The translations under genes were made by a program, and so were the position numbers. The notes below the pieces were generated by a model. That model saw only the letters and a list, made by a program, of their open reading frames with translations, searched no databases and had not been told where the DNA came from. A stretch of 63,869 nt of DNA, the filler included, from Lenisia limosa (Eukaryota; Protista; Breviatea), in NCBI GenBank assembly GCA_001655205.1. It is 8 parts of 8 records of this genome, joined end to end, with 100 filler letters (N's around TTAATTAATTAA, not from the genome) between each part and the next. Parts side by side here need not be neighbours in the genome. Positions count along the whole stretch, not along the records: positions 12,721 to 36,457 come from LPNZ01005161.1; positions 36,558 to 37,741 come from LPNZ01007146.1; 6 more parts are not named here. One strand, given 5' to 3'. This document shows positions 24,101 through 37,797 of this stretch, piece by piece. Position 1 is the stretch's first letter. Every line of letters starts with the position of its first letter.

Positions 24101-27100
24101 CATTGTTGCGATTTGGACCAATCTTGAATTCGATGACAATCACCCAGTGAGCTAAATACGAAAATCCAACATTGATAAATACAAGTTCACCATGCTTACC
24201 TGGTTTATTTTTTTAGATTGTGGCTGTACCCATTTACGAAGGCAATATCCTTGAAATCCAAACAGCTTTTTACAAATGGAGACCTGGTGTATGGACATCT
24301 CCAAATGTGATTTATTCTCTTGGTGACCTGGTTTGCAGGTGATTTTGGATACTAATAATGTATCAATTACCTTTTTGAAATCGTGGTGGCTTGCAAGATG
24401 ACACTGTTATTAATATTTCAAGATATTGGTACATGGAGACTTTAGTTATCATAATCTCTACAGTTTCATCAACGGCATTCCTACGGTATGGGTTTTTTTG
24501 CAATCTACTATACCAAATATTGTTTTCTGTATTCTCTGGTAAAAGAAACGTGTCATGATGTATTGAGTGCTACGTGAAAGAAACGTGTCATGATGTATTG
24601 AATGCTACGTAAAAATATATTTAACACAAAGTTATAAAGCAATAGTTGGGTGAATTAATATTTATATTACCAATATTATATAGTATGATATTTTATCTCT
24701 GAGTGTGATGGCGTGGAGCTTCAGTCAGTTAACACCTATTATTGTTTATAATTATTGTCTGGCTCTGACAATAAAGCCATTGAGGTTTTGTGGAAATTTT
24801 ACAACCGTTACATTGGACCCTTCTTACCAAACCGTGTCCATGTTGAACGTGCAGCTATCGTACTATCCTGAGATACAGCACTTAATGGTTTGTTCAGTTG
24901 TTATTCCCTTTGAAATATTTCTGTACTGTTCTCACAAAAAACAGGATGAAGGGTTGAGTCATGTCTCTTTCCCAGTTGTCTATAATGTTGGTAACCAAAT
25001 CAAATTACTTGCTCCTGATTCAATTTCGATTAATGATTTTGCTGAATTCAATAACGTCCTTGTATGCTGGGTAATTCAATAACGTCCTTGCATGCTGGGT
25101 AATTCAATAACGTCCTTGCATACTGGGTAAAATAAGTATATAATCAAAGAATTTTACAGTACCGTATTGCACGTTAAATTTGAGAATATCTTTATTTGAT
25201 TATAAAAGCATAATTAACGCTCTCTTGCTAGCAGATTTTACTCCCTACAGGTTGTTATTGGGCAATATTTCATTAATAATCCATCACTACATTGTCTATT
25301 TGATGACATTCGAACCAATGCTACTTTCCGCAATAACCAAGTGAGTGGATTCAGATTATACCATTACATCGTTTTACACTTCTACCATCCCTTAAAATTT
25401 GCCACCTTTCTTATGAAATTTAATCTGGAACAACATCTAATAACATCTTACTATTTTATGTGTTGCATTGCTGAGATATACTCAATGTTATCTAGATGAT
25501 ATAATACGACATGTTGCAACATAAATATTGAAAATTTCATGAAATGAGTTTCCTCACATTATTTCATCAGAACACCGTGACGTAGAGCTAAATTATCACC
25601 TTGCCTGACAACGTGATGTAGAGCTATCACTTTCTGACATTGTAGTACGTAACATGCGACCTTCCTATTATTGAAAGGCCGTGTATTAAGACCGTCAAAG
25701 TAATAAACATCAATGAGGTTTGTATTGTACTTTCATCATAAATAATTATTCCCAAAGGACTACTCCCAAGGAAAAGATATTGAATTTGTCGGAGAGTACA
25801 CGCTCAGCTATTTAAGCGACATCTTTGAAATCACCAATGGAGGGCAACCAATATGGCCAAATCCAAAGTTACAGGTAAGGTTAACTCATTTATCCAATCA
25901 CCTTATATTTGAGGTTAACACAATACCTGATTTTTTATGTTTTTGGATTATCAGGATTTAATAGGAATCATATAAGACAATCTATAATTCTCACCCATTT
26001 AGTTGAACCTAATTTCTGAAATAGAGGAAATTGCATGTAAGAAGGCGAATGTCACCATATCTGCTCGAGTTAAACCAACTCCGAAGAGGTAAGAAAGACA
26101 AAATATCCTGCATGAATCGTATTTTTCTCATTTCAACAAGTTAAATGTGCTGCATACAGTTTACTACATTAACAACATATTAACCTGATAAACCTATTGT
26201 CAAGAGTTTCTATTAATTAAGTAGATTAAATGGCGATGTAATGTTAAGCGATTCTAATGGACAAGTTGTTTTCTCCAACCTTATTGTGAGTTTGAGAACG
26301 TTGGGAACATGAATAGGCCTCATAAAGCTTATAAACACTCCGTATTGGGAAATTGTTTCTAAAATTTCAACTAAGATATCTACCACATATTTCTACAAAT
26401 CGATATTACTACATAAAATTGAGTAATTTTATTATTGAGATTAAAACAGCCGTAATGACTTGATTCAGATTGAAGGTTATCAAGAAGTTTTATACGAAGT
26501 TACTTTCAAAGTTGAAGCCTTAGACAGTACTGAAATTGTACTGGTGCTCAGGGGTGCATTTACATATGATATTTACATATTATTTATATGTCATATTAAT
26601 TTAATATAATACTATATATATATCATATACTATATGTATTACGTGTATGATATAGATATGATATCTCTATCATATAGTTGATAAATATTGTGCTTAATAT
26701 TTCCTTATATTACGTACTTTATTCAATAATAGGTACTTGATTACCTTTTTAGACTGAGGTTACAGTTCCACCTTGTGAAGAAATCCTTCAAAACAGTATT
26801 GCAGTATGTCATCTCATTTTAATAAATCACCAAAAACATTTTACATTCCAGGTATCCACTCAAGGTCAAAAGGACTGCCATTGCTTAGAAGGTTACACAT
26901 ACGATCAATACTTATCCTTATGCATTCCGTGTGCTTTGGGTGACTTCAAAGGTACGGCTGTTATTCATTTTACAGTGTGTAGCCGAAGTTAGCTTAGATG
27001 TTTGTGGTAAATGTGGTCCACATAAGACGACCTCTGATTTGGCCTCTACTTCTGTCACTGACTGCGTCTGCGAGGAGTCGTTTACCCTAGTCCAGACGCA

Positions 27101-30100
27101 ATGCCTCTGCGAACCGGGTGAGGCTTATTTGGCTTCATGATTTTTTCGTATTTTGTTACATGAAAGATTTAATACTTCATTATTATGCCAAGCACATTTC
27201 TTCAGAATATTTTTACAACATTCTAGGACGCCAGTTCAACATAACATCGCAATGTTGCGATCTCTGCCAGAAGTACTCCACAAGTTCTGGCTTTAATCTT
27301 GGTGGGAGGCCTCGCTCACATTTGAAGTGTTTCAGATGTTTTGATATCGCAATATTTAATCTATCAATTTATCATAAAATATGGAACAATTAATTGGTAT
27401 GAATTATAACTGCATTTTCAACTTAATTCAGTACTAATAACCTAGACTTTGACGCATGTGAGTGTATTGAGGGCTACGAACTGAACCAAATTACGAATGA
27501 GTGTGACCCTTGTCCTCTTGGAACGTTCAAAGATTCGACAGATAATGTTGGTGGGGGGGGGGNNNNNNNNNNNNNNNNNNNNNNNNNNNNNNNNNNNNNN
27601 NNNNNNNNNNNNNNNNNNNNNNNNNNNNNNNNNNNNNNNNNNNNNNNNNNNCTTTGACGGTTTATATTGCATAACCTCTTAACAAACTGACTTAATACTT
27701 ATCTGAAAATAAAGGGGAAGTGCCAGAAGTGTCCGGGGAGCAGAACTACTACTGTGGGAACCGGAAGTGCGCATTTGAGTAATTGCACATGCATGGTATG
27801 TCAACGGGGTTTTAGGTAATACCATAATATAAAAACTCATTATATATTAACATATCATAGGATAGATAGAGATACAGGAATAAGTCTTGACCGATTTGAT
27901 ATAATCTCCAAATAAAAATCTGTCAAGACTTATCCTGGTAACTGTATATGATATGAAAAAATTTGAGATCTCAAAACAGTTGTATTGGAAGATTTCACTT
28001 TTTTTGATCTCCTCAGACCGGCTTTATGAAGAATGCCAATATTATGTCTGATTTAAGTTGCTACTGCCCACCTGGTGAGACTAAATTGCACAGGAAGAAA
28101 ATAATTAATGTATTGTTTTAATTATTAGCCCCTTGATTATCAAATACAGGATGGCAATACACGAGTGTTAGCCGACTGGATCAGTGTGTTCAATGTCCTA
28201 TTGGCACTTTTTCGGAGACTTACGGCCTGAATCCTTGCCAGTCATGTCACGTGAGTGGTTACTGGATGTAGTACATACAGGGACCGGAATAAGTCTTCAC
28301 CTATTTTCCTTGCGTAATCATAGAGCAAATCGGTCAAGACTAATCCCATTCACTGTATCAATATAGGTTTTCAAATTCAATAGAGATTGTTAAAATTGCA
28401 ATTTCCCCCCTTTGGCGCCACCATTTTCCACTGAATTGAAGAGCAGAAGTATAATTTCACATGTTCCAGGAAACAATGACAACAACGAGTGCTGGTATGG
28501 CTTCACAATTGGACTGTGAGTGTATTAAAGGAACTTATCTGAAGTCAGGCCTGGACAAAATGGTAGGACTGGACTTTTGCAATTTAATATTTTATAATTT
28601 TCGCGAAAAGGAAGCATTCTCTCACTAAGTGAAAGTTGTTTTCATTTTTAACATCACTAAATGTCATTATCTGATATGTATCCAATAATATATTGAAATG
28701 AAGTATGCTAGAGTTACCTCATTCCGCAGTGTGTGGCTTGCCCTGAAGGAGCGATCTGCTTGGGCGGACTCAATGCGCCAGCCAGTGCTTCGGGGTTCTA
28801 TCAGTTGGTCTTGGAAGGAGTATAATAGATTGGTTGATTGGTTTGGAAAAATGAGGCTGAAATGAATTGCAGATTATGTTGTTTATACTGGGTAATTGGA
28901 ACAATTCCAGTGCTAATGACACCAAATTGAAATATTGTCCATTCATTTCAATATTAAGTCATAACAATAAAACAGGTCTCGTGAAGTGAGTGATATTTTT
29001 ATTGCGTGCCAACCTGAAGGATCCTGTGCTGGCAACTCGGGTTGCATTGAAGGGTAGGCCAACACATTTTATGAATATATTTCATTTTAATAATTCCTCC
29101 TTTTTTTATTTCACTACTCAGTTATAGCGGATTTTTATGCAGCTCTTGCTCTGAAAACTTCTACCAATACGGATCACAATGCTCCCCTTGTTCAAATGTG
29201 TCAAAAGTTGGAAGCTTGTTATTGTTCATTATCTTCCTTTTGTCATTATGTAATATCACAAGCTGACTCACCCACTCCAAGTACATTATCATATATTATA
29301 CTAGTATATGATACATATTTCCATTCCAATTGACCCAGCTCAGCCTTAATCACGTAGTATTACCTTCTCATTGCCGTTGTGGTCTCTATCATCCTGTGTG
29401 GCTGTGTGTTTGCCTTCGCTTTCAGGCCCAACTTCTCAATGATATGGACTCCTCTCAGGATCTTGCTGTACTTCATCCAGGTAACAAGGCTATAATGAGC
29501 TTGATAACAATCGTTCTGAGTTTTCAAAATAATTTAGTTTTATTGCCACTAATTTATCCCAGGTCTTATCAATGTTTCCAAAGATACAATTCCAATGGCC
29601 CAACTCAATGAAGTCACTGTTTAACTTTCTGAGCATATTCTTTCTTAATAGTAAGCAAGTAAAAGCATCTACAAATATAACACTGATATTTGACTGAAAA
29701 TATTTAGAAATCGGTTAATATTTTCGAATTTTCGTTTTAACGACTTTCAGCGAAGTTTGCAGCGATACAGTGCTCTATTGGTGAAATCGGGTAGGATTTT
29801 TGTGGTGTAATCAGAGCATTTGAATTGCACAAGTAACTCCACACTCTTTCATAACTCCAAGGTATTTTGCCCGTTTTCGAGTCAAAGTGCTCTTCCCCTT
29901 CATGTTCTTCCTGGTACTGGCTATGATATATCTTCTGTGCAAAGTTGTATACAGATTCAAGTTTGAATACGATTCTCAAAGGTAAAGTTGATGTCTCTAT
30001 TTTAAGTAAATTTTGTGAAACCTCAAATTTATTTGATACGTTGTATTTTCGTCATGTTTCCATTGAACTAACTATTCAGACACTATTGTGTTGATAAGTC

Positions 30101-33100
30101 TTGCGGTTCCAAAACACAATCACAAATAAGAATCAATAACTGTATGAATTGTTATTGTATTACCCAAAGAATTGAAGATTGTCATATAATATGCTTCATA
30201 ATCTATGAAAAGGAATAAATGATTCATAAGCACAATGTGCGCTATCAGGAACAATCAAATCGCTGTGAATGGTTACAATTTAGTTTCTGACTTTAAGGAA
30301 GAATCTTCAGAACAAGTAGATGAGCCTTTGGTACCTGGGATTTGAATACACACTATGTAAATGCCTCAGAGAATAGCTTACGTATTGTTATACAAATTTG
30401 GATAATATTTAACATTTCAAACATCAAATAGATTATTATACTATTTGATGTTATTTTTAATGACTATCTTGCTCATCTCACAGGAAAGCCCAGCTATGAC
30501 ATCGTGTACGCCTTTAACACCCGAATTGCCATGTGGGCAAAGAACATTTGCTACACGAAAAGGCAAACTTGATTCGGTATTGCTGGAGGATATTAGCAAT
30601 TTAGTTTTAACACGATAGCCTTATTTTTATAGAGCGGACACTATCCTACATTGTTAATACTGTAGCTGAAAATAGCCATTGCCAACATTTTAAGGAGGAA
30701 ATCTGTGCTTTATTCAGCGTCTGTCAAATGTGAAAATCTGGAGTTCGTATCTCAATATGCGGTGAAGTTCTCTCAGGATTTGAGGTTTGACAGTTCATTT
30801 GAACAGAATTCACAACTCAAAATATTGGCTAATTTAATAATACAAGTTGTTAATCTACTCTTTCAGACACGCTCTGATCTATTCAATGCTTTTTGTTTCC
30901 GTTGTATTCTACATTCCATTTTCGAGCTACGTTTTCGAGTATTTCGACTGCACACTGCAACAAGACGGATCTGTTACACTTGATGCTGGTTTGTGAGAAC
31001 TGAATTGCACTTATACAATGCTTTAAATTCGAGATCATTTGGAACTGGAAATGCATAAGCATCTTGAAAGGTTTCATATCATATCAATATTATGACAATA
31101 CAACAATTCTCATTTCGACAGCTTCAAAGTACAACTGTTTCGTGGGAGAACACCTTAGTAACTTGCCGATTGCATGTCTCGCTTTCGTGGCAATAGTCAT
31201 TGGCACACCATTGGCCATATATATCAGTCTGAGCATCGCATCAAGTAAACTCAGGTCAAAGAAGTCTCTCAATAGGTTGGTAGAAATATTTCGTGGTTAT
31301 TTCTAGATTCGGATTTCTCTACACTCGATTTCTCCCCCAGTACAGTCATTGGGAGCTACTACTTCTTTTTCGGTCATTTTTATTCATTATGACTCTGACG
31401 TTTGTTGACTCGTAAGAAGGGGAGTGTTAGTTTTCACTTGGATGGTTGGCATGCATATGATATGTATTGCTATGGTATGGCTCCCTACACCTTATGATAT
31501 TTGATTTCCTTCCCTCCCTTATGATATTTGATTCCATTATACTGAAAATTTCCTCTTTACCAATATAGTTCCTTGTCGCATTTACTTCCTGATATTACAG
31601 GTACCCTTTGACGTTGACCTGTATTGTGATCCTTTTGTTTGTAACAAGGTAAACGGATTCAATTACAGGAATCTGTCCTATGTTATTCTCAAAAGCCTCC
31701 TAGAATTCATTTGATTCTTTCACCAAAAAGATAGTGCAAATCAACCATCTCATGAGTATCGAGCAGAAGCCATATGTTTTCACCATATCCCGCGTAATTG
31801 TCTGATATAATACCACATTTCACCAAGCCTCCATCCTGTTTTTGACGGACTGCAGTCTCTTTGTTCAGACCCAGTACCGCCCATACACAAGTAAGAACCT
31901 CAATAGCCTTGAAAATACCAACGTGTTCTCAATCATTCTATGCCTTGTGACAGGCTTGGTATGCGGAAATGCTCGTGAATCGAGAACAATTTTTGTATTT
32001 CAAATGTTACTGTTGTTCAACTATGATGGACAACACTCCTCATTTTTTTTAAGTGTCAGTTTTCACTTTTAGTACTTTCGCGAAGCCAAAGCGACTCACA
32101 TAATCACTGTTGTCACAATTGCGCTAATGGCACTGATTGCCGCCAATATCGCGTACACTGTTTACATTGTTATTACCAACTGGAAGAACAATCAAAAGGT
32201 TGGCTGAAGTAATATTGAACATAATTAGGACTCTGAAAAATCACAACACTTGAGTTGATAACGAAATGTCTGAAATGAAGTTCACCACTTCAAGATAAGA
32301 TATAATTTCTCAATTTGGTACATTGTCCTAAATTTTATGATGTTTCTATCATAAGGTATCACAAGAAATTGAAGGCGGANNNNNNNNNNNNNNNNNNNNN
32401 NNNNNNNNNNNNNNNNNNNNNNNNNNNNNNNNNNNNNNNNNNNNNNNNNNNNNNNATGACTTCTCCAGCCTGAGCAGTATCCTAATTCTACTTCAAACAT
32501 TTCAAATGATGTCGCTTTAAACGGTAAGACTTAAAGTTATTAAGCTTCTTGAATTGAATTAGAGTTGAGTTGTACTCTCATGTCAGAATTGTCCACAATA
32601 TACAATATTCATTACGTTCCTACCCTGTGCTTTGTTTCACGGTTTAGATGCTTCAATATTCATTGAAGGAATGTCAGCGGTAAATGGGGAAGTAAATCAA
32701 TAGATTACATTTTCATGGTACACATTATGATATGATAGAGGCTCGAGGTCCTAAACTATGTCGTTAATTCGAAGTATTGTCGTCATTCAATTTTCTTAAA
32801 TTTCCACGATGAAGTGCTGATCTTGCAAAAAAAAAATTTTTTTTTAAAGGTATATTTTCCTTTGTTTTCCTTCATAAACAAATTAAGTGTGTATATCTGA
32901 TTTGGCGACCGTAAATAATGAACGACATTAATTCGAAATAACGACATAATTTTGGACCTTGAGCATAGCAATGAGAAATAAAAAAGAAGATTATATCTGA
33001 CCGAAGCCTTCCAGACCATCACGCTTATAAGAGATTTAATTATAGCAGTCATACTCAAATCAGTATCGCTCCCATCCTCGGGCTATTTGGATTTATTAGA

Positions 33101-33578
33101 CGTAGGAGGAAGTTAGTTCGCCACAAGACCAAGTCTTCTTCACCATTGATGGTGGGATTCATTTCTTTGCCAATTTATTAGTTTTTTTTTGATTAAGCCA
33201 GATTCCTATTCATAGTCACCTGATTTTATACCCCAGAAGACACCATTACCCCTGGCAGCCAAGCACAGTCACCGGTAGCTTGTCTGGGTACGCTGAGATG
33301 GAATGCTATTTGATAATAGATGGTTCTCGATCGGCGGTCATTTGCAGCGATTCGGCCAAACAAGTTATAATGCCGATTGTTCACAAAAATGGGGGAACCC
33401 GAATTCCACCCAGGAGAACATTCATAGCCCCTCCACCCAAGAGAAACCTCTCCAGAGCTGGATATGGAAATGGAGTTATATGTCACATGCACTATACAGC
33501 AAATACCTAGTGAAACACACCTGTGGGGTCAATGAGGGCTAGTTTTCAGTCAAAAGCGGTTCTCTCTCCTCTGACCTG
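21141..33578 (+). CDS. Large surface protein: signal peptide, long ectodomain, Cys-rich ephrin-receptor-like (GCC2/GCC3) repeats, multi-pass TM region, cytoplasmic tail
   Basis: MQGLYWGFQAFLGLLSILLCLCISYANA signal peptide. Exons with CDPCPLGTFK, CVQCPIGTFS, CVACPEGAIC, CIEG|YSGFLCSSC, followed by several hydrophobic exons (e.g. RILLYFIQ, VVTIALMALIAANIAYTVYIVI). The 3' end is either 33578 or 33755. Confidence 0.75.
24542..24611 (+). repeat. 35-bp tandem duplication
   Basis: AAAGAAACGTGTCATGATGTATTGA(G/A)TGCTACGT x2. Confidence 0.9.
25045..25128 (+). repeat. 28-bp tandem triplication spanning an exon end and 5' splice site
   Basis: AATTCAATAACGTCCTTG(T/C)AT(G/A)CTGGGT x3. Confidence 0.9.
27875..27944. 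mobile_element. Tc1/mariner-type MITE family D copy
   Basis: ATAAGTCTTGAC...GTCAAGACTTATCC with TA flanks. Confidence 0.7.
28278..28355. mobile_element. Tc1/mariner-type MITE family D copy
   Basis: TA|CAGGGACCGGAATAAGTCTT...GTCAAGACTAATCCCATTCACTG|TA. Confidence 0.7.
32965..33045 (+). mobile_element. Short Helitron-like element (family E)
   Basis: ATAGCAATGAGAAATAAAAAA...GCCGAAGCC...CCATCACGCTTATAAGAGAT...TAG; no TIRs. Confidence 0.5.
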
Positions 33579-33668
33579 AACAGTCAATGGTACTGAAATA
33601 TCAACAATAAAAGCAATGCTGTCGTCAATATGGAGGTAGAACAAGGCCCACCTCGCACAGCAACACCG

Positions 33669-36458
33669 TCAACAGCATCCGGGGGTCGGCTCACGGACCA
33701 GCATACTGACCTGTCCCGCATGCTCCATTTGGATGGTCGTCTACATAGTAACTGACACAAAGGGGAAGTGGCAAAAGCTGAAGACCTCTGGTATCATGAC
33801 ACCCACGGGTTCCTGAAGCCACGGCTCTCCGTCGACTTGTACCGGGATGGGTCCGGCATTCCAAGTGATCTTCATCTGGCTGAACTGGCCGATGTGGTCA
33901 AGGTAGCGTGTTCCAGAGCGTGACATTCCTAATTGGGCAAGTCCTAAATTCCAAATTAGGAAGGTTATAATGAGTTCCATAGAACAAAAAGGCAAGTTCT
34001 GTCGCTATAAGGCCATCGTGCAAACCCTTGACAGCAAGGACTTCGAACTTGGTGTCGTCAATGAGACTGGGGCCAAGACCACGTTCCCGGTCCTTCTTTT
34101 TCAGCTGGTGGGGATTAAAGAAAATCTCAGGATATTATGGTATAGCTATGAGAAATAAAAAATAAGGTTGTATCTGGCCGAAGCTGTTTGCACCATCACG
34201 CTTATAAGAGATATTGGATTCTAGTATTGTATACGAAGATAATTCGCGATATAATATAATACATAGAGGTGGCATAAAACAAAATTACACCATCAGCTGC
34301 GCCTCAGACGACGCCCCCTCCCATCCTGCTAACTTCATCTCGAAAAAGGCCGCAAACCAACCTTCTTGCCCCAGATGTTGGCGCCGCCGCCATGGCTCGG
34401 AAGGTTGAGGATGATGATTCCCGTGCACTTTGGGAGGGGAATCTTACGGCCATCACAGGTGAGTTCGATAGTTCGGTCAAGGCGCTGCAGGGGGGTAAAT
34501 TTGGAATATGTATGAAACAAANNNNNNNNNNNNNNNNNNNNNNNNNNNNNNNNNNNNNNNNNNNNNNNNNNNNNNNNNNNNNNNNNNNNNNNNNNNNNNN
34601 NNNNNNNNNNNNNNNNNNNNNNNNNNNNNNNNNNNNNNNNNNNNNNNNNNNNNNNNNNNNNNNNNNNNNNNNNNNNNNNNNNNNNNNNNNNNNNNNNNNN
34701 NNNNNNNNNNNNNNNNNNNNNNNNNNNNNNNNNNNNNNNNNNNNNNNNNNNNNNNNNNNNNNNNNNNNNNNNNNNNNNNNNNNNNNNNNNNNNNNNNNNN
34801 NNNNGGGGATAGGAGGTGCCTACAATATTTGTCTTTGTCATAGTGGCCATGCTGAACTTGAGGTAGTGCATCTAGATTGTGAGGGTTTAGAGACCTTCTG
34901 ATGGGTATGAAAGGGCTAAGCTCTTGCCTATCCAATTGCCCTCCCACTCGGTTTCTGAACTGACTGGAAAACGCCTGTGGCTTGGACTCGCGATGGTTGT
35001 GGAATCTAGAGGGGTGAAATTGGACGACAATTTGGTTCAAATCTCCGATAAAAAATAAAATAAAATAATAATTATCAACTATCCCAAAAGCCGCTGTTTG
35101 AGCAAAGATTACCCCCCCCCCCCNNNNNNNNNNNNNNNNNNNNNNNNNNNNNNNNNNNNNNNNNNNNNNNNNNNNNNNNNNNNNNNNTATTCAATTGGTA
35201 GGGCTCCATGAAATCATTGAAAAATTAATTTCAAAATTAGAAGTTATAACACGAACCCTATTCCAGACACTTAAATTTTGTGTCATTAATTTACTCAAAA
35301 AATTATTTACACGGAGCCCTAATAATTCTTAAAAACCAACCTGAGGGCCACGGCAGCGTCCACTCCGATGCTGAAGTAATTGTTCATCAGGCAGTTGCGT
35401 GCCTCGTGGGGGGCTAAATGGGGGTAAATTGGAAAATTAATGAAACAAACAAAAAAAGCTCAAAATCAACTGCCACGATTTTAACTCTATTGACCAAAAG
35501 AGTACACTTAACATGTCCCTGAAACTTCAGCCAAGTTACCCCCCATCCCACCAGCAATATCGACAATCCATCTGTCCATCATAGCTGGCTTCACCTAGAT
35601 AATGAGTACATATTAATAAAACCAGGTTTCAAATGCAGATAGAGAGCAGAGAAACTCCAATTTTCATCTTGCACCATGGGGTAGTAATGTACATATGATA
35701 TACATCATATATATTGATAGAGAGGACAGACACCAGAATCATCTTCACTTTCGTGGCGATATTTTGATGGTTATCAAGGACTGACAGTTATTCTATGATC
35801 CTAGTTTCAATAGAGACTTTACGGCACAAATAATAATTATAATAATAATAATAAAAAAAAAACTGTGATGCGTTTGGGCGAACCTGAGAATCATGAGCAC
35901 TGAGGGAGAGTTGAACGGCCTTCTTCACCNNNNNNNNNNNNNNNNNNNNNNNNNNNNNNNNNNNNNNNNNNNNNNNNNCCCCCACCCGAGGACCTAAAGG
36001 TCAATAATAAGCACCGAAAAAGACAATATGTCCCCCCTGTTGATGTTACACAGTTTAAACTGGGCCTTTTGTTTCCCGCTTTGCACTATTATGCTTTAAT
36101 ATTGTTGTTTTGACAAAAAGCAGTAGAAGATCCAACCTGGGCTAAGTCGTTTCCGGTGCCCAGGGGGAGAGGGGCAACGCTGGGCGGGGCTGAAATGTTA
36201 AAATAGCAATAAAGTCTATTCTATAAAATGCTTCTTGCAGAACATGACATACGTAAATCATACAGTTACACAAGAATAATTGTGTGCATGTAGTTTATTA
36301 CGGATGTCTGTTCCATAGCCACTCATGATACTTGGTGATCTGAAGAGCAAGCTGTATCAAGGAAGAAAGAGACTTAAAAGATTATCCTTTCTTTGAACCT
36401 ACATGCAATGTTGAGATCTCTGATCGTATTGAGTACCCATCCGACTGTTCCATCTCCN
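33669..36458 (-). CDS. DGK: Diacylglycerol kinase (catalytic plus accessory domain); 5' end cut by a gap
   Basis: GDGTVGWVL, PLPLGTGNDLAQVLGW, MDRW, MNNYFSIGVDAAVALRFHNHRE, NLPSHGGG, FEVLAVKG, PVQVDGEPW. Further 5' exons may lie at 36558-37100. Confidence 0.93.
34139..34224 (+). mobile_element. Family E copy ending CTAG|T
   Basis: Same consensus; 3' end GGATTCTAG followed by T. Confidence 0.55.
35199..35321. mobile_element. MITE family B (TAGGGCTCC...GGAGCCCTA), probably hAT-type
   Basis: TIRs, plus internal identity (CCTATTCCAGACACTT) with 62447-62576. TSD not clear. Confidence 0.7.
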
Positions 36459-36501
36459 NNNNNNNNNNNNNNNNNNNNNNNNNNNNNNNNNNNNNNNNNN
36501 N

Positions 36502-36513
36502 TTAATTAATTAA
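36502..36513. other. Artificial contig linker
   Basis: TTAATTAATTAA between N-runs. Confidence 0.95.
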
Positions 36514-37453
36514 NNNNNNNNNNNNNNNNNNNNNNNNNNNNNNNNNNNNNNNNNNNNGTTGAACATGATGTGTCGGGTGTATCTGCGGATCAAAAACCTC
36601 TCATTGTATTTCGTCTTTTGTTATGAAACACAAAATACTCTGTGATTTTCACTATCTCAGTTTAACCACGCTGGTTTGATGACAGCAGAAGCAGTTGAAA
36701 AGTTGGAAAACAAAGAGTAAAAAGCAGATCATATTCAAATCAATGTGCAACCCCCTCNNNNNNNNNNNNNNNNNNNNNNNNNNNNNNNNNNNNNNNNNNN
36801 NNNNNNNNNNNNNNNNNNNNNNNNNNNNNNNNNNNNNNNNNNNNNNNNNNNNNNNNNNNNNNNNNNNNNNNCGGTAAGTCTGAGGAGGGAGAGGCAATAA
36901 TCAGGCTTTTGTGAGCGTTTTGACAGCAAAATATCTGGAAGCACCCTTATGAGCTTGAACAAACCTCAGGAGTCTCTCTCAAACTCAAAATGAGATAAGG
37001 GGATTTCAATACCCGAGTAAAACTTTTCTAATACAGAGTTATTGTGATGTACAGATACTTAGACTACGATCTTGACCTGAGACAGTACAGGAAGATACAA
37101 CGATACGGTTAATTCAATGGCTACTGTCCAGATTATACTTCCAAGAGATAATTAAAACATTTTCACATGATATATGAAGCTAAAACAAGATAGCCGCTTT
37201 CACTAATATCTTTCTTTCAGAGTTTACCTTCCTACATGCTTCTTCTTAGAAATAAACCAATCCACCAACATACCAATACACCAAGAGAGGCAAAAATGCT
37301 GATTTTTTGGCCCATAAAAGCAAAGTATATAGACCCCCAAATAAAACTTATAAACCGAAATCTGAAAAACAAACGTCTCTTTCACATCCTACTGTCTTGA
37401 ACTCTGTTAACAAATATAAGAAAAGTTTATTATACAGCACAGAGCCAGTGACA

Positions 37454-37501
37454 ATGGGAAAGCATGCGCAGTTCGTGATGGGACCTGCTGGAGCGGGAAA
37501 G
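37454..37501 (+). CDS. GPN3: First exon of GPN-loop GTPase 3
   Basis: MGKHAQFVMGPAGAGK followed by a GT donor; matches the GPN3 N-terminus ((Y/H)AQLVMGPAGSGKS). Later exons were not found. Confidence 0.7.
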
Positions 37502-37785
37502 GTGGGCTGATTTGTGTTATAAATGAAGATTAAATGCTGAAAAATGAAAAGATAGCAGGGATGGAGTAAAGACAAGCTGCATAAGGGACACCATGATCAA
37601 AGTATTATTGATATGACTCTCTCCTTAGAGGGGGTAGGAGAGGAGGTAATATGTCTGAACAAGATATAAAAGAAACTCAGGTGTTGCTCGGATATATCAA
37701 GTACATAGGGATGGGTTGGGTGCGAATTCCGCAGATAGGTANNNNNNNNNNNNNNNNNNNNNNNNNNNNNNNNNNNNNNNNNNNN

Positions 37786-37797
37786 TTAATTAATTAA
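37786..37797. other. Artificial contig linker
   Basis: TTAATTAATTAA between N-runs. Confidence 0.95.
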
